NCBI GenBank assembly: GCA_964016885.1 | Contig: CAXHJY010000964.1 | Span: 1 to 64,000 of the forward strand | DNA from: Eledone cirrhosa | Lineage: Eukaryota | DNA: 64,000 nucleotides | Direction: 5' to 3' | Part shown: piece after piece, positions 42,084-58,701 of the stretch | Layout: every line of letters starts with the position of its first letter | Numbering within the stretch: position 1 is the stretch's first letter | Made by a program: the position numbers and the translations under genes | Notes under the pieces: model-generated | The model's input: only the letters and a program-made list of their open reading frames with translations | Told to the model about the DNA's origin: nothing | Databases searched by the model: none

Positions 42084-42149
42084 TATTTTGTCTGAGGAAG
42101 GCATAGCATATTGTTAATATGATATCCCTGAAATATATATAATGAAATA
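42084..42149 (+). ncRNA. Type-I hammerhead, family F, (UA)n stem III (copies 38259-38324 plus, 34378-34443 minus)
   Basis: tattttgt CTGAGGA agg-c-ata-g-catatt-gtt-aatatg-a-tat-c-cct GAAA tatata TA atgaaata. Confidence 0.8.
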
Positions 42150-42470
42150 AATATGGTTTTATAAATATAGTTTCCATTTATTTAATATTGTAAATATACT
42201 CCAAATATTTGTCGAGTGCTTTTATATCAGTTATAAATATTTACTAGTTGTAACCCAACAATTTAAATATAACTTTCCATGTATATATATATATATTATA
42301 TATATATATTATATATTTATATTATATATATATTATATATATATATTATATATATATATATGTTATATATATATATATATTATATATATATATTATATAT
42401 TTATATTATATATATATTATATATATATATTATATTATATATATATATATATTATATATATATATATTAT

Positions 42471-43838
42471 ATCATCATCATCATCATCATCATCGTTTAA
42501 CGTCCATCTTCAACGCTTGCATGGGTTTGGACGGGAGTTTTCCCACTTGAGGCAAGATTGGTTGTCCTGCTCGTATAGGACTGTCTGGCGTGTTTTCTAC
42601 GGATGGATGCCCTTCCTAACACCAACCACGTTTACAGTGTGGACTGGGAGGTTTTTGCTGTGTTTCCTACACGGCCACATTACAGCGTGGACTGTGTGTT
42701 TTTTTTTTGTCGTGACACCTACACGACCTCCTTTGTTTTGGACTGGATGTTATGGTACCAACATAACTTCATATTTAAGGGGGTGGTGTGGATGGGGTGG
42801 GGGTAGTGGAACGAGGATGTATTTTGTTAGAGGTGCCTACTGACTGTAGGTTTCGCTTTGTACTTAGGCAAGGCGGGTCTTCTCTATATCTGTGTATCGC
42901 CAAAGATCTCGGTCCAGTGACATTGTCTTGGAGAGGTGTAAGTGTGTGAGGTCGGAATTTATCAAGTCGTCCCAGGTTTTTTCTGGGTCTGCCTACTCCG
43001 TCGCTACCGTCTATTTTTATCGCCCTGCACTTTTTTTAATACAGCTGTCGTCTTTAATGCGCATCACGTGACAGTACCAACGTAGTCTTCTCTCGAGTAA
43101 ACAACATCTGATCCCTCTTATTCCTAATTTTTCCCTTAGTTCGTCTATGCTTTGCCGTTCACGTATATTACTATTACACATCCAGCGGAGCATGCAAGCT
43201 TCGTTCCTCTCTAGTCTGCGTATATCCTCTGCACACAATGCCCAGGTCTCACTGCCATGTAACATTGCTGTTCGTATGCAGGCATCATACAGCCTGCCTT
43301 TCATTTTTAGAGAGAACCCTTTAGCGGCCAATAGTGGCATAAGCTCTCTGAACTTTTTCCATCCCGTTCTGACTCTAGCTACTGTACTTTCAGAGCACCC
43401 TCCCCCACTGCTGATTTTATCACCCAGGTAACGGAAGGTGTCCACATTTTCTATAGAACCATCTGTGCAATGGAATGAGCTAGTATTCTGTGGGTACTTG
43501 CTGCTGCTTATGGCACCAGAGCACCGGCCACATGTAAAATCTATATTCTTAGTTAGCTTACCAGTGATCCCACTACCACTTTTATGCACCCATACTTTGC
43601 ATTTGGGACATAAAATGGAGATTCTGCCTACTCCTTTCCTACACACTGAGCATGGCCATTTCCCAGATGGGACCGGTGCCCTATTTTCCTTCCAACAAAC
43701 TAGAACTTTAGTCTTAGACAAGTTAACTTTAAGGCCTTTTGATTCTAGGCCATGCTTCCATGTTTGGAATTTCTTCTCTACTTCAGCCATTGATTCAGCT
43801 ATGAGCATTAGATCATCTGCATATAGGAGTTGCCATGG
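42471..43838 (-). mobile_element. RTE-type LINE 3' part with (GAT)n tail and PHD-like Cys/His finger
   Basis: LLYADDL, GLKVN..KTK, CSVC..C..C..H..C..C, FRYLG, RTAMLHGSETW, RRLRW..HV.R. Tail appears as catcatcat on plus at 42471-42493. Confidence 0.88.
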
Positions 43839-43842
43839 GCAA

Positions 43843-43925
<83 letters not shown>

Positions 43926-43954
43926 GTATATATATTATATGTATATATATTATA

Positions 43955-43997
<43 letters not shown>

Positions 43998-44063
43998 ATA
44001 TATTATATATATATATATATATTATATGTATATAAATTATAAATATATTATATATATATATAT

Positions 44064-44094
<31 letters not shown>

Positions 44095-44105
44095 CATTAT
44101 ATATA

Positions 44106-44136
<31 letters not shown>

Positions 44137-44386
44137 CTATATATATATTATATATTATATATATATTATATATATATATATTATATATATATATTATATA
44201 TATATATATGTTATATATATATATATATTATATATATATATATATATTATATATATATATATATTATATATATATATATATTATATATATATATATATAT
44301 TATATATATATATATATTATATATATATATATTATATATATATATAACATATATATATATATATATTATATATATATTATATATTA

Positions 44387-44429
<43 letters not shown>

Positions 44430-44565
44430 ATATATATATTATATATATATATATTATATATATATATATATTATATATATATATTATATATATACAATAT
44501 ATATATATATATTATATATATATATATATTATATATATATATATATATTATATATATATATATAT

Positions 44566-44597
<32 letters not shown>

Positions 44598-44646
44598 ATT
44601 ATATATTATATATATATTATATATATATATATTATATATATATATT

Positions 44647-44727
<81 letters not shown>

Positions 44728-44741
44728 TATATATATTATAT

Positions 44742-44804
<63 letters not shown>

Positions 44805-45075
44805 ATATTATATATATATATTATATATATATATATAATATATATATATAAATATAATATATGTATATATATATTATATATATATATTATATATTATATA
44901 TATATATTATATATGTATATATATATATATTATATATATATATATTATATATATATATGTATATATATATATCATATATATATATTATATATTATATATT
45001 ATATATTATATATTATATATATTATATATATATATATTATATATATATATAATAAATATATATATATATATATAT
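43843..45075. repeat. ~1.2-kb (TA)n array
   Basis: Direct reading. Confidence 0.95.
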
Positions 45076-45076
45076 G

Positions 45077-46180
45077 ATAAAGAACACAAGAGCGTCTACA
45101 ACCTCAACAGATTTTTATTGGCTTACAATGTTTCTTCCTTACGTAACCGTAGGATTCGTCAGAGCTATAAAAGGGGTTTGATTGGTGTTATGGACTTTAC
45201 CAACCAAACATTCAAGAACAAAGAGTAAAGAGAGTAAAGAGCAAAAGTAGGGGACGATAAGTCTAATTTTGGTGCGGGAGGGTGGGGTGTGGGTCCTTGT
45301 TTACTAGCTGCGGTCATATTCATTCCCGGGAGTCCAGTGGTTAGCTGAACCATAGATGGGGTGGCGTCGATAGTAGGGTGCAGAGGGTGGGCAGAGGCTA
45401 CACAAACACAAAGGGCATACAATATATATATATAACGAAGGAGAAAGTACATGAGGTAATTAGAAATGGAAAAAGAGTATTAATAATAATCTATAATTAA
45501 TAATGTATAATAAGTCATGGGGAAGATTACACTATAATAAGGTATAAAAGTAAGAATAAGGTAAAATATAAAGGAGGATGAAAGTGAAAATAAGAATAAA
45601 GATAAAAAATATATATATAAAAAATATATAGAGAATATATAAAGAAATATAAGCAAGTATTTGAAGGGGAAAACTCAATGTAAAAAAACCGATTTTTTCA
45701 AATAAAAATATTATCATTATGGGGGGAGAAAACGGGATAGAGAAATATGATCAAATGTGATTAGTTGAGAGAATATAAGATGATAATAGTTATGTCAAGT
45801 TTATACATCTTAATAATAAATAATCTGTATATCAGAGTTACAGAACCTTCAATTCACTTACAGGTTCAAGCCACGTGGCATAGTCCATTGTTTATCTCTG
45901 CAGTCATGTGCGTTTGTTTTTGACACCACAGCAGATGCACAAGTTCATAAATTCCAATGCAGATAGAAATCTATTTTTGCTCACCCAGACATTGACGGAG
46001 GATCCAATATTCCTAGTTCAATATGTGGTCGCACAAATCAATCACTTGGTTCAATATTATGGAGTATGGTTTTCTGGTCTTCGTAACAGTGTCAGTGGTT
46101 GTATATCTCGAAATCACAAGGATCACAGTACTCCGGTTTGGTGTGATTATCGGTCATCCAACTAGGTTGTCGGTGGTTGT
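45077..46180 (-). mobile_element. Probable PLE 3' end (family N) with hammerhead at 45121-45165
   Basis: Minus: gct CTGACGA a-tcctac-ggttac-gtaagga-a GAAA cattg TA agc. A PLE-like C-terminus TMPRGLNL* lies near 45858-45885. Confidence 0.6.
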
Positions 46181-46266
46181 ATATATATTATATATATATA
46201 TATATTATATATATATATATAATATATATATAATATATATATATAATATATATATAATATATATTG

Positions 46267-46886
46267 ACAACCACACCCAATATAAGTTACACTGGGAGAT
46301 CCTAGCTAGGGCTAGATCGTATAACGGAAATAAAAGACCATGTGACCTCTATGCCGCTGAGGCCCTGGAAATACTCTACGCCACAGACCACATCTTAAAC
46401 AAAAAATCTGAGGCAATTTCGGCTTGTAAACATAAATTGCACAAAACTTTCCTTTATTACAGCCCCACGTTATACCCTAACGGATAGTACGATCTATACG
46501 TGGATATTTTACGTCTTGATGTGGTAGCTAAGTATATGTTTTGTTTATACCATTACATATTTTCATAGGTAAGTATATATTACCTGTATGTTTTGTGAAG
46601 GTACGTATACCTTCTCGTACGTATATTTGATTGTATATGTTATGGCGTATAATTTTATATTTTCTGGTACATATGGTTTGGTTATGTGTATGCGGGTGTT
46701 TTGCGTCTGTGTGAGTATGCAGGTTCGTACGTATGTAGGGTGTGTGTATATGTGTACTTCATATTTTGGTTGACTTACGTCTTCGAACATTTGTGTATTT
46801 ACATGTAAGTATGTGTGTGCGCTTGTTATATACGTATTTATATATTTATATACGTTTATATAATTATTTATTTATTTGTATGCACG

Positions 46887-46947
<61 letters not shown>

Positions 46948-47625
46948 TTATATGTGCGTGGTTTTGTATACCCATCGTAATTGTTTTCGCGTATGCTTGT
47001 TTATGTACGTATTTGTATGCGTGTATGTATTTATTTAATTTCTATTATCTCTGTATTGTATTTATTTACTTTGTTCTTAACTCTGAAGCGGAGATTCATT
47101 CGGTCTCCTAGTTAGAATTTTACTCTACGACTTCTGCTATACCATTTACGTGGTTCTGTCTTTGCGTGCAATATGTTCTCCACGCTCCACATATGACGTA
47201 TTATCTTCGTTTTTTTCGTTCATTGCCAGAGTACGTCTCTTTGAACCACCCAAGAGAACATTAGTCTACGACCTCTTTTATACCATAAACGTGGTTCTAT
47301 CTTTGCGCGTAATTGTTTTTCACCGCTCCTATTAATGACGTATTATATTCGTTTTTTCCCGTTCTTTGCCAGGGAACGCTTCCACGAACCAAAGTATCGT
47401 CTTCCTGTCTTCCTCCGGTTGCAACGTTTTTTGAAATATCCAGTTCTGCGTTTACAGATTGACTTTGTTAGTTTCAGAAGATCCCGTTAAGGGTGAATGC
47501 AGCGATTCTTTGCTTAAACTTTAATCTGTTATTTTAATAAATATTTGCTCTACGGTTCTTATATATTTGATATATATTTATCCTTATCGATTCCTCTTTG
47601 GATTTTAGTCTTCAAATTTATTATT
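46267..47625 (+). mobile_element. PLE family K 3' fragment (GIY-YIG C-terminus 46267-46487, UTR, decayed HHR 47470-47520)
   Basis: YKLHWEILARARSYNG..CDL...EILY...LNK..E..CKH. agttt CAGAAGA t-ccc-gttaa-ggg-t GAAT gca..tgc TT aaact. Confidence 0.75.
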
Positions 47626-47821
47626 ATTACTATATTATATATATATATATTATATATATATATATATTATATATATATATATATTATATATATATTATAT
47701 ATATATATATACATTATATATATATATATATATTATATATATACATATATATATATTATATATATTATATATTATATATATATATTATATATATATATAT
47801 ATTATATATATATATATATAT

Positions 47822-47853
<32 letters not shown>

Positions 47854-47937
47854 ATATATACATTATATATATATATATTATATATAGAAAAGATGAATAT
47901 AAAATGAAAGTGCTTTTTTAAAAAGGAATTTATTAGG

Positions 47938-48055
47938 TATTGACATATGTTTCTGTAACTGACGGAATACCTATGTATCGCTGCTTGCGTAATCATATAA
48001 TGTTAGCAAGTATTCGATAGCAAATGTATAATCAGTTGTCACTTCTTCAGAGATA
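47938..48055 (-). ncRNA. Hammerhead with 90-nt stem II, family G (copy 51057-51174)
   Basis: CTGAAGA [90 nt] GAAA catatg TC; stem I weak. Confidence 0.55.
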
Positions 48056-48531
48056 TTGGATGAATTGGAAAAAATCAGAAAAATTGAAGTATTTATATTA
48101 GTTGTAAGAAAGGAAGAGAGGGGATTGTATATGACAGACGGCAATTCAATTCACTGGTAAACAAGTATATAAAGGGTTTCTAATGAGAATACAATGAGTA
48201 TATGGTTTATTTTATCTAAATAAGAATGTTTGGGAGTGCCTATTTTAATCTATACTTGACCAATTGAACAATGGACAGGGCTGGTCGTTTGGTGTAGTAG
48301 TATTAATAGATATAAAGTGTCAATTAAGGAAGAGGGAGATTTTCACTGCTACTGAATAACAACAATGCTAGTAGCCTGCTGGTATATGCATTAGGGAATT
48401 GAATTAAGAAATCTCATTTTATCTATAGCAGTTTATATTAAATTGTAAAGAATAGAAGAGTTGATAGAATTAAGACTAATAGAGAATGTTAATATGTATT
48501 TTGACAATCAAACGGAGATGGAGACAGGCGT

Positions 48532-50847
48532 TCAATCCTGGTAGTGTTTGTAATATGAAAATGTAGATTTCAAGCGATGATTACAGTATAACGATCGCTC
48601 TATTCTGTTATTTAATAAAATATTTTTGGATTTCATAATACAAAATAATTCCATATTACACAATTTACAAAATTCCTGTCCGTGGGTATGGAGGGGCCCG
48701 CTATTATATCCCAGTTTAGGTTAAATTGTTGGTTATTTTCGCACAGCTGCCAAGCCTTGTCTGCGAGTGTTGTTACATAACGCTGGTTTTCATGTTTTAT
48801 CGAGTAACGATGTCTATAAAGGCGAGATTTGAAGGAGGTGGCTGTAGACCCCGCATAGTACCACTTCTGGCTATCCGATTCGATAGTACATTTGTATATG
48901 ATGTTGCGTTCAAGACACTGATTGTTCAACGGACACATTCCTTGTTGGACACAGTTACAGTTATAATGTTGCGTTGTTGTATTGGCATGGATGGGTTGAT
49001 GAGGTTGCTTAGGTAGGACGGGATGTTGTTTGTTGTTTTGTGATTTTATAGCCGATGTTTTACGTGTATTGTTATGTGTTGGAAGGCGTTTATACAACCG
49101 TTTTGCGTTAAGCTTTTTTATATGTTGTTCAATATTAGGGGCGGTTGAATATGAAAGTCGAATAGTGTTAGGGTTTAAGATTTTATTATATTTAGGTGAT
49201 GTTGGAAAGTGTTTTTTAACTGATAGAAAGAATTGTGAGGGTAAATTGGTTTTAATAGAGTTGTTATAGACCGGGTTGTACCATATATACTCTTTACATC
49301 GCCTTCTGTTTGGTGGTGTGCCACTATTAGTGTGTCTATTGCGGTAGTGTATGTATGGTGGTGATTCTATGCTATTTCTACCTCTATGAGATTTATTTTG
49401 GGTGTTTTGGTGATCGTCGACTATATACTCTATATTATCTAGGTGTCCAGCCTTCCTAAGTGCATCATCATAATATTCGGCATGTTCTTTGAAGGTTTTC
49501 TGGTTGGAAGACAGGCGGGAGATTCTAAGGGAAATATTTCTAGGGATGGATTTAATTATAGAGGGTGGATGGTTAGAACCCGTATTTACATATTTAAGGT
49601 TCTCATTTAGTTTATGGAACGGTTTAATCGTTTCTGTATTGAGATTCAAAGTAACATCAAGGAAATTAACCTCTTTGAGGTTATATTCAAATGTAGTATT
49701 TAATCCTAGTTCCTTAAAAAGCTTTCTGATATTTTTACGCATCCTTTCTAAATTCTGGTTATTCATATGCTTAACTAATAGGAGCGCATCGTCACGGTAG
49801 ATTCCACCGTGGAGATCCTTGAATTTTCCTTGTAGTCTGTGGGTGATATAAATTCCCACAAGATCAGTTACTTCCGCCGAATCATTGGAACCCATAGTAA
49901 TATCAAAATTAGAAGGTCTATCTTTGGGAACCCAGTAGCTATCATCAAATTTAACAATAGTTTTCCTCGCTTCCATAATAATATTAATTTCAGCATCCGT
50001 AAGGTCGGAATTAGCCTTAGCGAACGAAAGAGCTTCATGCAGAGTATCAGGTAAAATTGAGGAATAATATTCATCAATATCGAACTGAATAAATTTTGAT
50101 TTTTTTCTTATCAGTAATGCTATTAAACCCTCTTATTGCATCATGGGTGTTACCCCATAGTTTAATATCTACTATAGCCTTAACTTGGGGGATAATTCTG
50201 TCTAGTATATATTTGCTAATTTTGCCTATATCAGATTTAGAGGGGCATATAAGTCTAATTTTAGGGTCAGTATCGAAGTTTAACTTGTGGTCCTTCAGGT
50301 TGAAGGATGGTGTAGCTGGTGTTAAGGGTTGCGTTCTATCGTCAATACAAAGTTTTTTAACAATTTCACATGCCGAGTTGTTGATGTTTTTAAGTGTAGC
50401 TTCATTAGTTTTCTTGTATTTTTTATGCAATTCCTTACAGATGAAGTTATTCTAAGTGTCCACATCCATGGTATATACGTTTGATGTTTTGTCTGCTGTA
50501 ACAATAATTCCATTGGCGTTTTTTAGATTATTGAGCAGTGCCGTGATGTCATTCTTTAGTTTATTGTTTTTCTGTTTTGTAAATTTGATCTCCATGATCA
50601 TATCCCTTAGGTCTTGTTCAAATGCATCCAAAAGTGGGTTTGATGGTGGGTTTTTGTAAGATTTAAATCCAAATTTATCCTTGTTAAGATCCGATGTTTG
50701 GTTTATACGGCTTTTGTCAAATTGGAATGTTTTCCATCTTATTCGTCGAATAAAATCATTGGTCCTTCGTATCATACCTAGAATATATTCCTTTTTTGCC
50801 TGAATAGGTATGTTTTTTAACGACATATCCAATTGGTGCCTTTCCAT
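48532..50847 (-). pseudogene. Family G RT/GIY-YIG (YRDD type), several stops and frameshifts
   Basis: SLKNIP, TADKTSN, RLICPSKSDIG, MGSNDS, GIYRDDAL, CNC..CPL..CL, YYAGST..FKSRL across four ORFs. Confidence 0.9.
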
Positions 50848-51380
50848 TTTAGAGGCGTATGCTGAATTAGTTGCTCAACTGTATAGGAGATTATTAAAAT
50901 TTCAGGTTATCAATAATGTAGTGATAATATATCGTCATGTTAGAGATGAACAGCGGACGTCTAGGTTTGCTCAACGAGTATAAATTATATTCCGGAAAAA
51001 ATGTAGAAAAGATGAATATAAAATGAAAGTGCTTTTTTAAAAAGTAAATTATTAGGTATTGACATATGTTTCTGTAACAGACGGAATACCTATGTATCGC
51101 TGCTTGCGTAATAATATAATGTTAGCAAGTATTCGATAGCAAATGTATAATCAGTTGTCACTTCTTCAGAGATATTGGATAAATTGGAAAAAATCAGAAA
51201 AATTGAAGTATTTATATTAGTTGTAAGAAACGAAGAGAGGGGATAGTATATGACAGATGGCAATTCAATTTACTGGTAAACAAGTATATAAAGGGTTTCT
51301 AATGAGAATACAATGAGTATATGGTTTATTTTATCTAAATAAGAATTTTTGGGAGTGCCTATTTTAATCTATACTTGACC

Positions 51381-51617
51381 ATATATTATCACTACATTAT
51401 TGATAACCTGACGTGACGATATATTATCACTACATTATCACTACATTATTGATAACCTGACGTGACGATATATTATCACTACATTATCACTACATTATTG
51501 ATAACCTAACGTGATATTGATAACCTAATGATATATTATCACTATATTATCACTACATTATTGATAACCTAACGTGACGATATATTATCACTACATTATT
51601 GATAACCTGAAATTTTT
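51381..51617 (+). repeat. Tandem array of ~6 variable copies of the element's own 5' UTR segment (reverse complement of 50895-50943)
   Basis: Unit cgtgacgatatattatcactacattattgataacct(g/a)a matches the reverse complement of 50895-50943. Confidence 0.9.
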
Positions 51618-51955
51618 ATATTATATATATATATATTATATATATATTATATATCATATATATATTATATATATATATAGATATTATTTATATATATTAT
51701 ATATATATATATTATATATATATATATTATATATATATATATATTATATATATATATTATATATATATATATTATATATATATATATATTATATATATAT
51801 ATATATATTATATATATATATATTATATATATATATATTATATATTATATATATATTATATATATATATATTATATATTATATATATATTATATATATAT
51901 ATATTATATATATATATATATTATATATATATATATATTATATATATATATATAT

Positions 51956-51989
<34 letters not shown>

Positions 51990-52245
51990 ATATTATATAT
52001 ATATATATATATTATATATATATATATATTATATATATATATATATTATATATATATATTATATATATATATTATATATATATATATTATATATTATATA
52101 TATATTATATATATATTATATATTATATATATATTATATATATATATATTATATATATATATATATTATATATATATATATTATATATATATATATTATA
52201 TATTATATATATTATATATATATATATTATATATTATATATATAT

Positions 52246-52276
<31 letters not shown>

Positions 52277-52370
52277 ATATATATATATATATATTATATA
52301 TATATATATATTATATATATATAATATATATATTATATATATATTATATATATATGATATGTATATATAC
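51618..52370. repeat. (TA)n array, TT-interrupted
   Basis: Direct reading. Confidence 0.95.
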
Positions 52371-52560
52371 AGGGCGGTGGATTGGCAGTATCGGTAGAGG
52401 GTCGGACGCCATGCTTTCCAGCATGGTTACGTCCCTTTACGATCTGAGTTCAAATCCCGCCTAGGTTGACTTTGGGTTTCATCCTTACGGGGTCGATAAA
52501 ATGAAGTACCAGTAATGTACTGGGTAATTTGCTGTCCTTTTGCCTAAAGTCGAAACAATT
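52371..52560 (+). mobile_element. tRNA-derived SINE with Deu/Nin-like domain, near full length
   Basis: A box tggcagtatcgg, B box gagttcaaatcc, then tttcatccttacggggtcgataaaatgaagtaccag. Confidence 0.8.
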
Positions 52561-52582
52561 ATATATATATATATATACATTT

Positions 52583-52617
<35 letters not shown>

Positions 52618-52977
52618 ATATATATATATTATTAATATAATATAAATATATATAATATATATATATTATATATATATATACATATTATATATATATATAT
52701 ATATTATATATATATATAATATATATTATATATATATATATTATATATATATATATATTAAATATATATATTATTTATATATATATATTTTATATATATA
52801 TTATATATATATGTATTATATAGATATATTTTATATATATTATAAATATATATTATATATATATTATATATATATATATTATTTATATATTATATATATA
52901 TATTATATAAATATTATATATATATTATATAAATATTATATATATATATGTATATATTATATATATATTATATATAT

Positions 52978-55103
<2,126 letters not shown>

Positions 55104-55105
<2 letters not shown>

Positions 55106-55805
55106 GAAAGATTTGAATGGATACAGTTTAGTTGAAAGGAATTTATTGACACGTGTTTCTATAACAGTTACATAACCTGAAAACAGCTGCTATCTACAAA
55201 GTTTTAGTTATGCAGACATTCAATATTTCAATGTTATTATTTACTGTCATTTCATCAGAATAATATTACTGAGGACCTATTTGGTTTTCATAGAGAATAT
55301 TAGGAGGGAGGGGTGAAGTTGTTAGAAGAATAGTTGAGGGAGTGATTTTTTGATAGCAGTGAGAAATTTTGGTGGCAGTGAGTAATTAGATTCCCATCTG
55401 TTGTTTTGACATTTTTATAGAATATATTATTGGTTATTTTTCTAAATCTATAGAAGGATTAGAGATAGTAAAGATATGCGTGGTTGGTTTTGTGTTTGCA
55501 CTTAATTAACATTCGGACTTAAATTTTTCTTTCAAGTGTACGTATCGTTTCACCCACGCATTCACACACAAATATATTTGCACACCTCTACAAAATACAT
55601 ATACTCACATTTACATAGTAACATGTTCATACTTACATACATATACACATGCATACATACATATATACACACATGTATTCATGTACATACATACGCGTTC
55701 ATGTGTATACATTTTCATACTCAACTTATCTTTATATACACACGTATAGACACACACATATATACATACATACTCTAGTCTATGTGTACATATATACATA
55801 TACAT

Positions 55806-55868
<63 letters not shown>

Positions 55869-56850
55869 ATATATATATAAGCACTTTAATACATGAATAC
55901 ACTTACATCTAGCTATACACATCAAACATATATATATATTTACTTATTTATATACATTTTCACATATATATACATACTTATGGACGTTTTTAGACACATT
56001 CATTATCGCATATTTGCACCTATTCTCATCAGCATATCTTTCCATTATTAGAGTGGTACTTTAAGGTTATTAATATATGTTGAGAAGAGATTGTTTTTAT
56101 ATTTTTCTAACTAGATTGAGGTTTATATAGTTGGGGGGATGTCCCTCTTTTATGTAATATTCGGCTTGTAGTGGGAAAAAAGGGTTTTAGTTCTGTGACG
56201 GCAGAATAATGTTCGTTCAATTCTGTTATTCAGCAATTTCTTCTTGTGTGTGATTATGTAATAAATCTCAAGATTACACAATTTGCAGAAATTTTGGCTC
56301 CTGGAAAAGCTTTGGGTTTTAGCTAATTTCTCCCATTTTAGGGTAAACTTATGATCGCTATCCCTGAGCGTCCAAGCTTTTTCTGCTAAATTTGTTACAT
56401 TTCTTTGGCTCTGGTGTTTTATTGAGTAAGAATGCCTATATAATCGAGATTTAAACGATGTTGCCGTTGATCCCACGTAATACCACTCGTTGCCTCCGGA
56501 TTTAATGGTACACTTATAAATAATATTTTTTTCCAGGCAGTTATTGCTGAGGGGGAAGTTGTCAGGATAGGTGCAGTTACAGTTATGTACGTTGGGTTTT
56601 CTCTGGAGTAGTATTGCAGACGAACTTAGGTGTGGTTTATTTATGTTCTGTAGTGTATTGTCTACTGTTTTTTTTTGTGTTCTTTGTACTTAAGTTCTTA
56701 GTGTTTTCGTTTAACCTTCTAGTATTGATCTTTTTTATGTGTTGTTCAAGGTTTAACGCTGTAGAGTATGACAGTCTTATAGTGGTAGGGTTTAGGATTG
56801 TGTGGTATTTGTGTGATGTAGGAAAATGTCTCTTAATTATTTTAAATATA
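55104..56850 (-). mobile_element. PLE family H 3' part (GIY-YIG region 56150-56850, microsatellite UTR, pLTR)
   Basis: YYVGSTATSFKSRLYRH..CKLCNLE..LNNR....CRH; related to family G. Confidence 0.88.
55143..55263 (-). ncRNA. Hammerhead with 92-nt stem II, family H
   Basis: ttatt CTGATGA a-atgacagt...actgttat-a GAAA cacgtg TC aataa. Confidence 0.75.
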
Positions 56851-56988
56851 TTATTTAATATATAATTATTTAATATATATTATATATATATTATATATAT
56901 ATTATATATATATTATATATATATTATACATACATTATATAGATATATATATTATATATATATTATATATATATTATATATATATTAT

Positions 56989-58701
56989 ATTGTTATACTT
57001 TGGAAGGGTCATGTTGCCAATAAGAAACACACGCACCAGTTGCTTTCACTTCAATTTATTATAATAAATTTATAAATTTCTGGTCGGTTGGTTCGTTCCA
57101 CAACCAGGTGATTGTTTATATATTGTTAAAGTTGTTTCGTCATACATTCTGTGACCTCTTCAGTGACTGGGCGATTCTTTTCTTTGTTTTTGTGCCTCTC
57201 CTTTGTTCTGTCCTACGCCATTTTGTTTTTGTGTGTGTGTTGTGTGAATAGTTTGCGCATGTGTTACATCAGGGTGTCTGTGTGTGTTTATATTCGTTTA
57301 TTTATTTGTTTATTTACATGTTACTGGTTGGTTGTTTGTTCTATGTGCGTGTGTGTTTTCATTTTGTCCTTAATTGAAAGTTGTGATGTTGCTGTTCCAC
57401 TCATGTTTTCTATTTAATTTTGGTTGGAGTTCATTTATGTTTATTGCCTCTGTGATTTGTCTAAACATTGCGTCTTTTCTGTGTTTAGATTCTATTTTTA
57501 TTTCTATGTTCTCTAATTCACCCTTATGTTCTATTTTAGCATGTTGGTAGAGTACAGATGATTCCTTACTATCTTGAAGGTCTCGCCAGTGTTCATTTAT
57601 CCGTTCCCCTATACTACGAGCTGTCTCACCTATGTACACTATATTTTTATCTCTACATTGTCCTTCAGTACATCTTATGCTATATATTACATTTCTAGTT
57701 TCACAGTTAATATGGGGTCTTAATTTACAGATTATACATTTCTTATCAATAAGAGGAGGTCTTTGAAAAGGGAATGTATTGCTAATAAGTGTTTTTATGG
57801 AGGTACGTGGTCTTTCTACTATCTTAATATTGAGTTTGTGTTTATCTAGGGCCCTTCTAAATTTGTAAGCTAATTCACCTCTAGAGGTTGTATCGATGAA
57901 CATTACACTCTGGTATTTATTGCTATCATACCATGAGTTTATTCTATTAGCCTTATTCCTAGTTATTTCTATTCTATTCCATAATTTGCTCCTATACAAG
58001 GGGCAGGTCTAATTTGTGTCGTTATTTACCATTTTTCCCATTTGGTTCTGGCTCCTCTATATACTCTGATTTTATCTCTCTGATTGTAACCAGAGAACTG
58101 CATACGGTGGATGAAGTGATGTATGTGCCTCTCTATTTCTTTGGGGTTGCACATGCGGGACACGTTTCTCATCACCCGTACCAAATCCGCAATCAGTATG
58201 TTGATTTTGGTATGGTCCGAAACAGCTGAGTTTCGGTGGATCAGGTATTTGGAAGTCATGGGTTTGGCATAATGGGAATGGAGGATTTGTTTTTTGTTAT
58301 TGATGGTAACTAACCAGAGCTCTGTGTCTAGTACAGGCCTGGAACAATGACGTGCCAGCGTTGTATGGGATTCGAAAAGACCATAAAACGAGCAGTGACC
58401 CTGTCACAGGACCACCAACACGGCCAGCCTGTGGAGCTAACATTGCTAGTAACTACAGACTTTCATACTTCCTCTCCCTGATCATACGCTCAATCATTGA
58501 AATGTCCCCAGATGTATGTGACAGCACGGAGGACCTCCTCAGCAGAATCAGCGAGAGTAACCGATCTAGGGACCTAAAAAACTGCATAATAGGTAGTATG
58601 GATGTTGTGTCCCTGTATCCATCAATCGACGTGGATTTTGCTGCGGAGAAATGCGTAGAAATGATCAGTGGGAGCAATGTTGTATTCCGTGGGATTGATA
58701 C
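56989..58701 (-). mobile_element. PLE family A' 3' part (56989-58337) with inverted RT fragment (58338-58701 plus)
   Basis: GIY-YIG ORFs 57370-58259. Plus-strand PALYGIRKDHK..SMDVVSLYPSI. Decayed HHR ~57125-57168. Confidence 0.9.

Larger units (their letters stand above)
34337..42281. mobile_element. PLE family F: head-to-head pair of full-length units forming a ~7.9-kb palindrome (left arm 34337-38198 minus, right arm 38199-42281 plus)
   Basis: Reverse-complement identity over ORF and 3' UTR. The right arm has a direct pLTR repeat (38200-38458 vs 42026-42281). Confidence 0.95.
47885..51617 (-). mobile_element. PLE family G full-length unit with direct pLTRs (47885-48260 and 51004-51380) and a reiterated inverted 5' segment
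   Basis: Direct repeats flank the ORF. TA flanks. Confidence 0.92.

Noticed and set aside
52371-52460. Functional tRNA genes (also 59870-59945)
   Set aside because: The A/B boxes belong to SINE heads followed by SINE core domains; no convincing cloverleaf.
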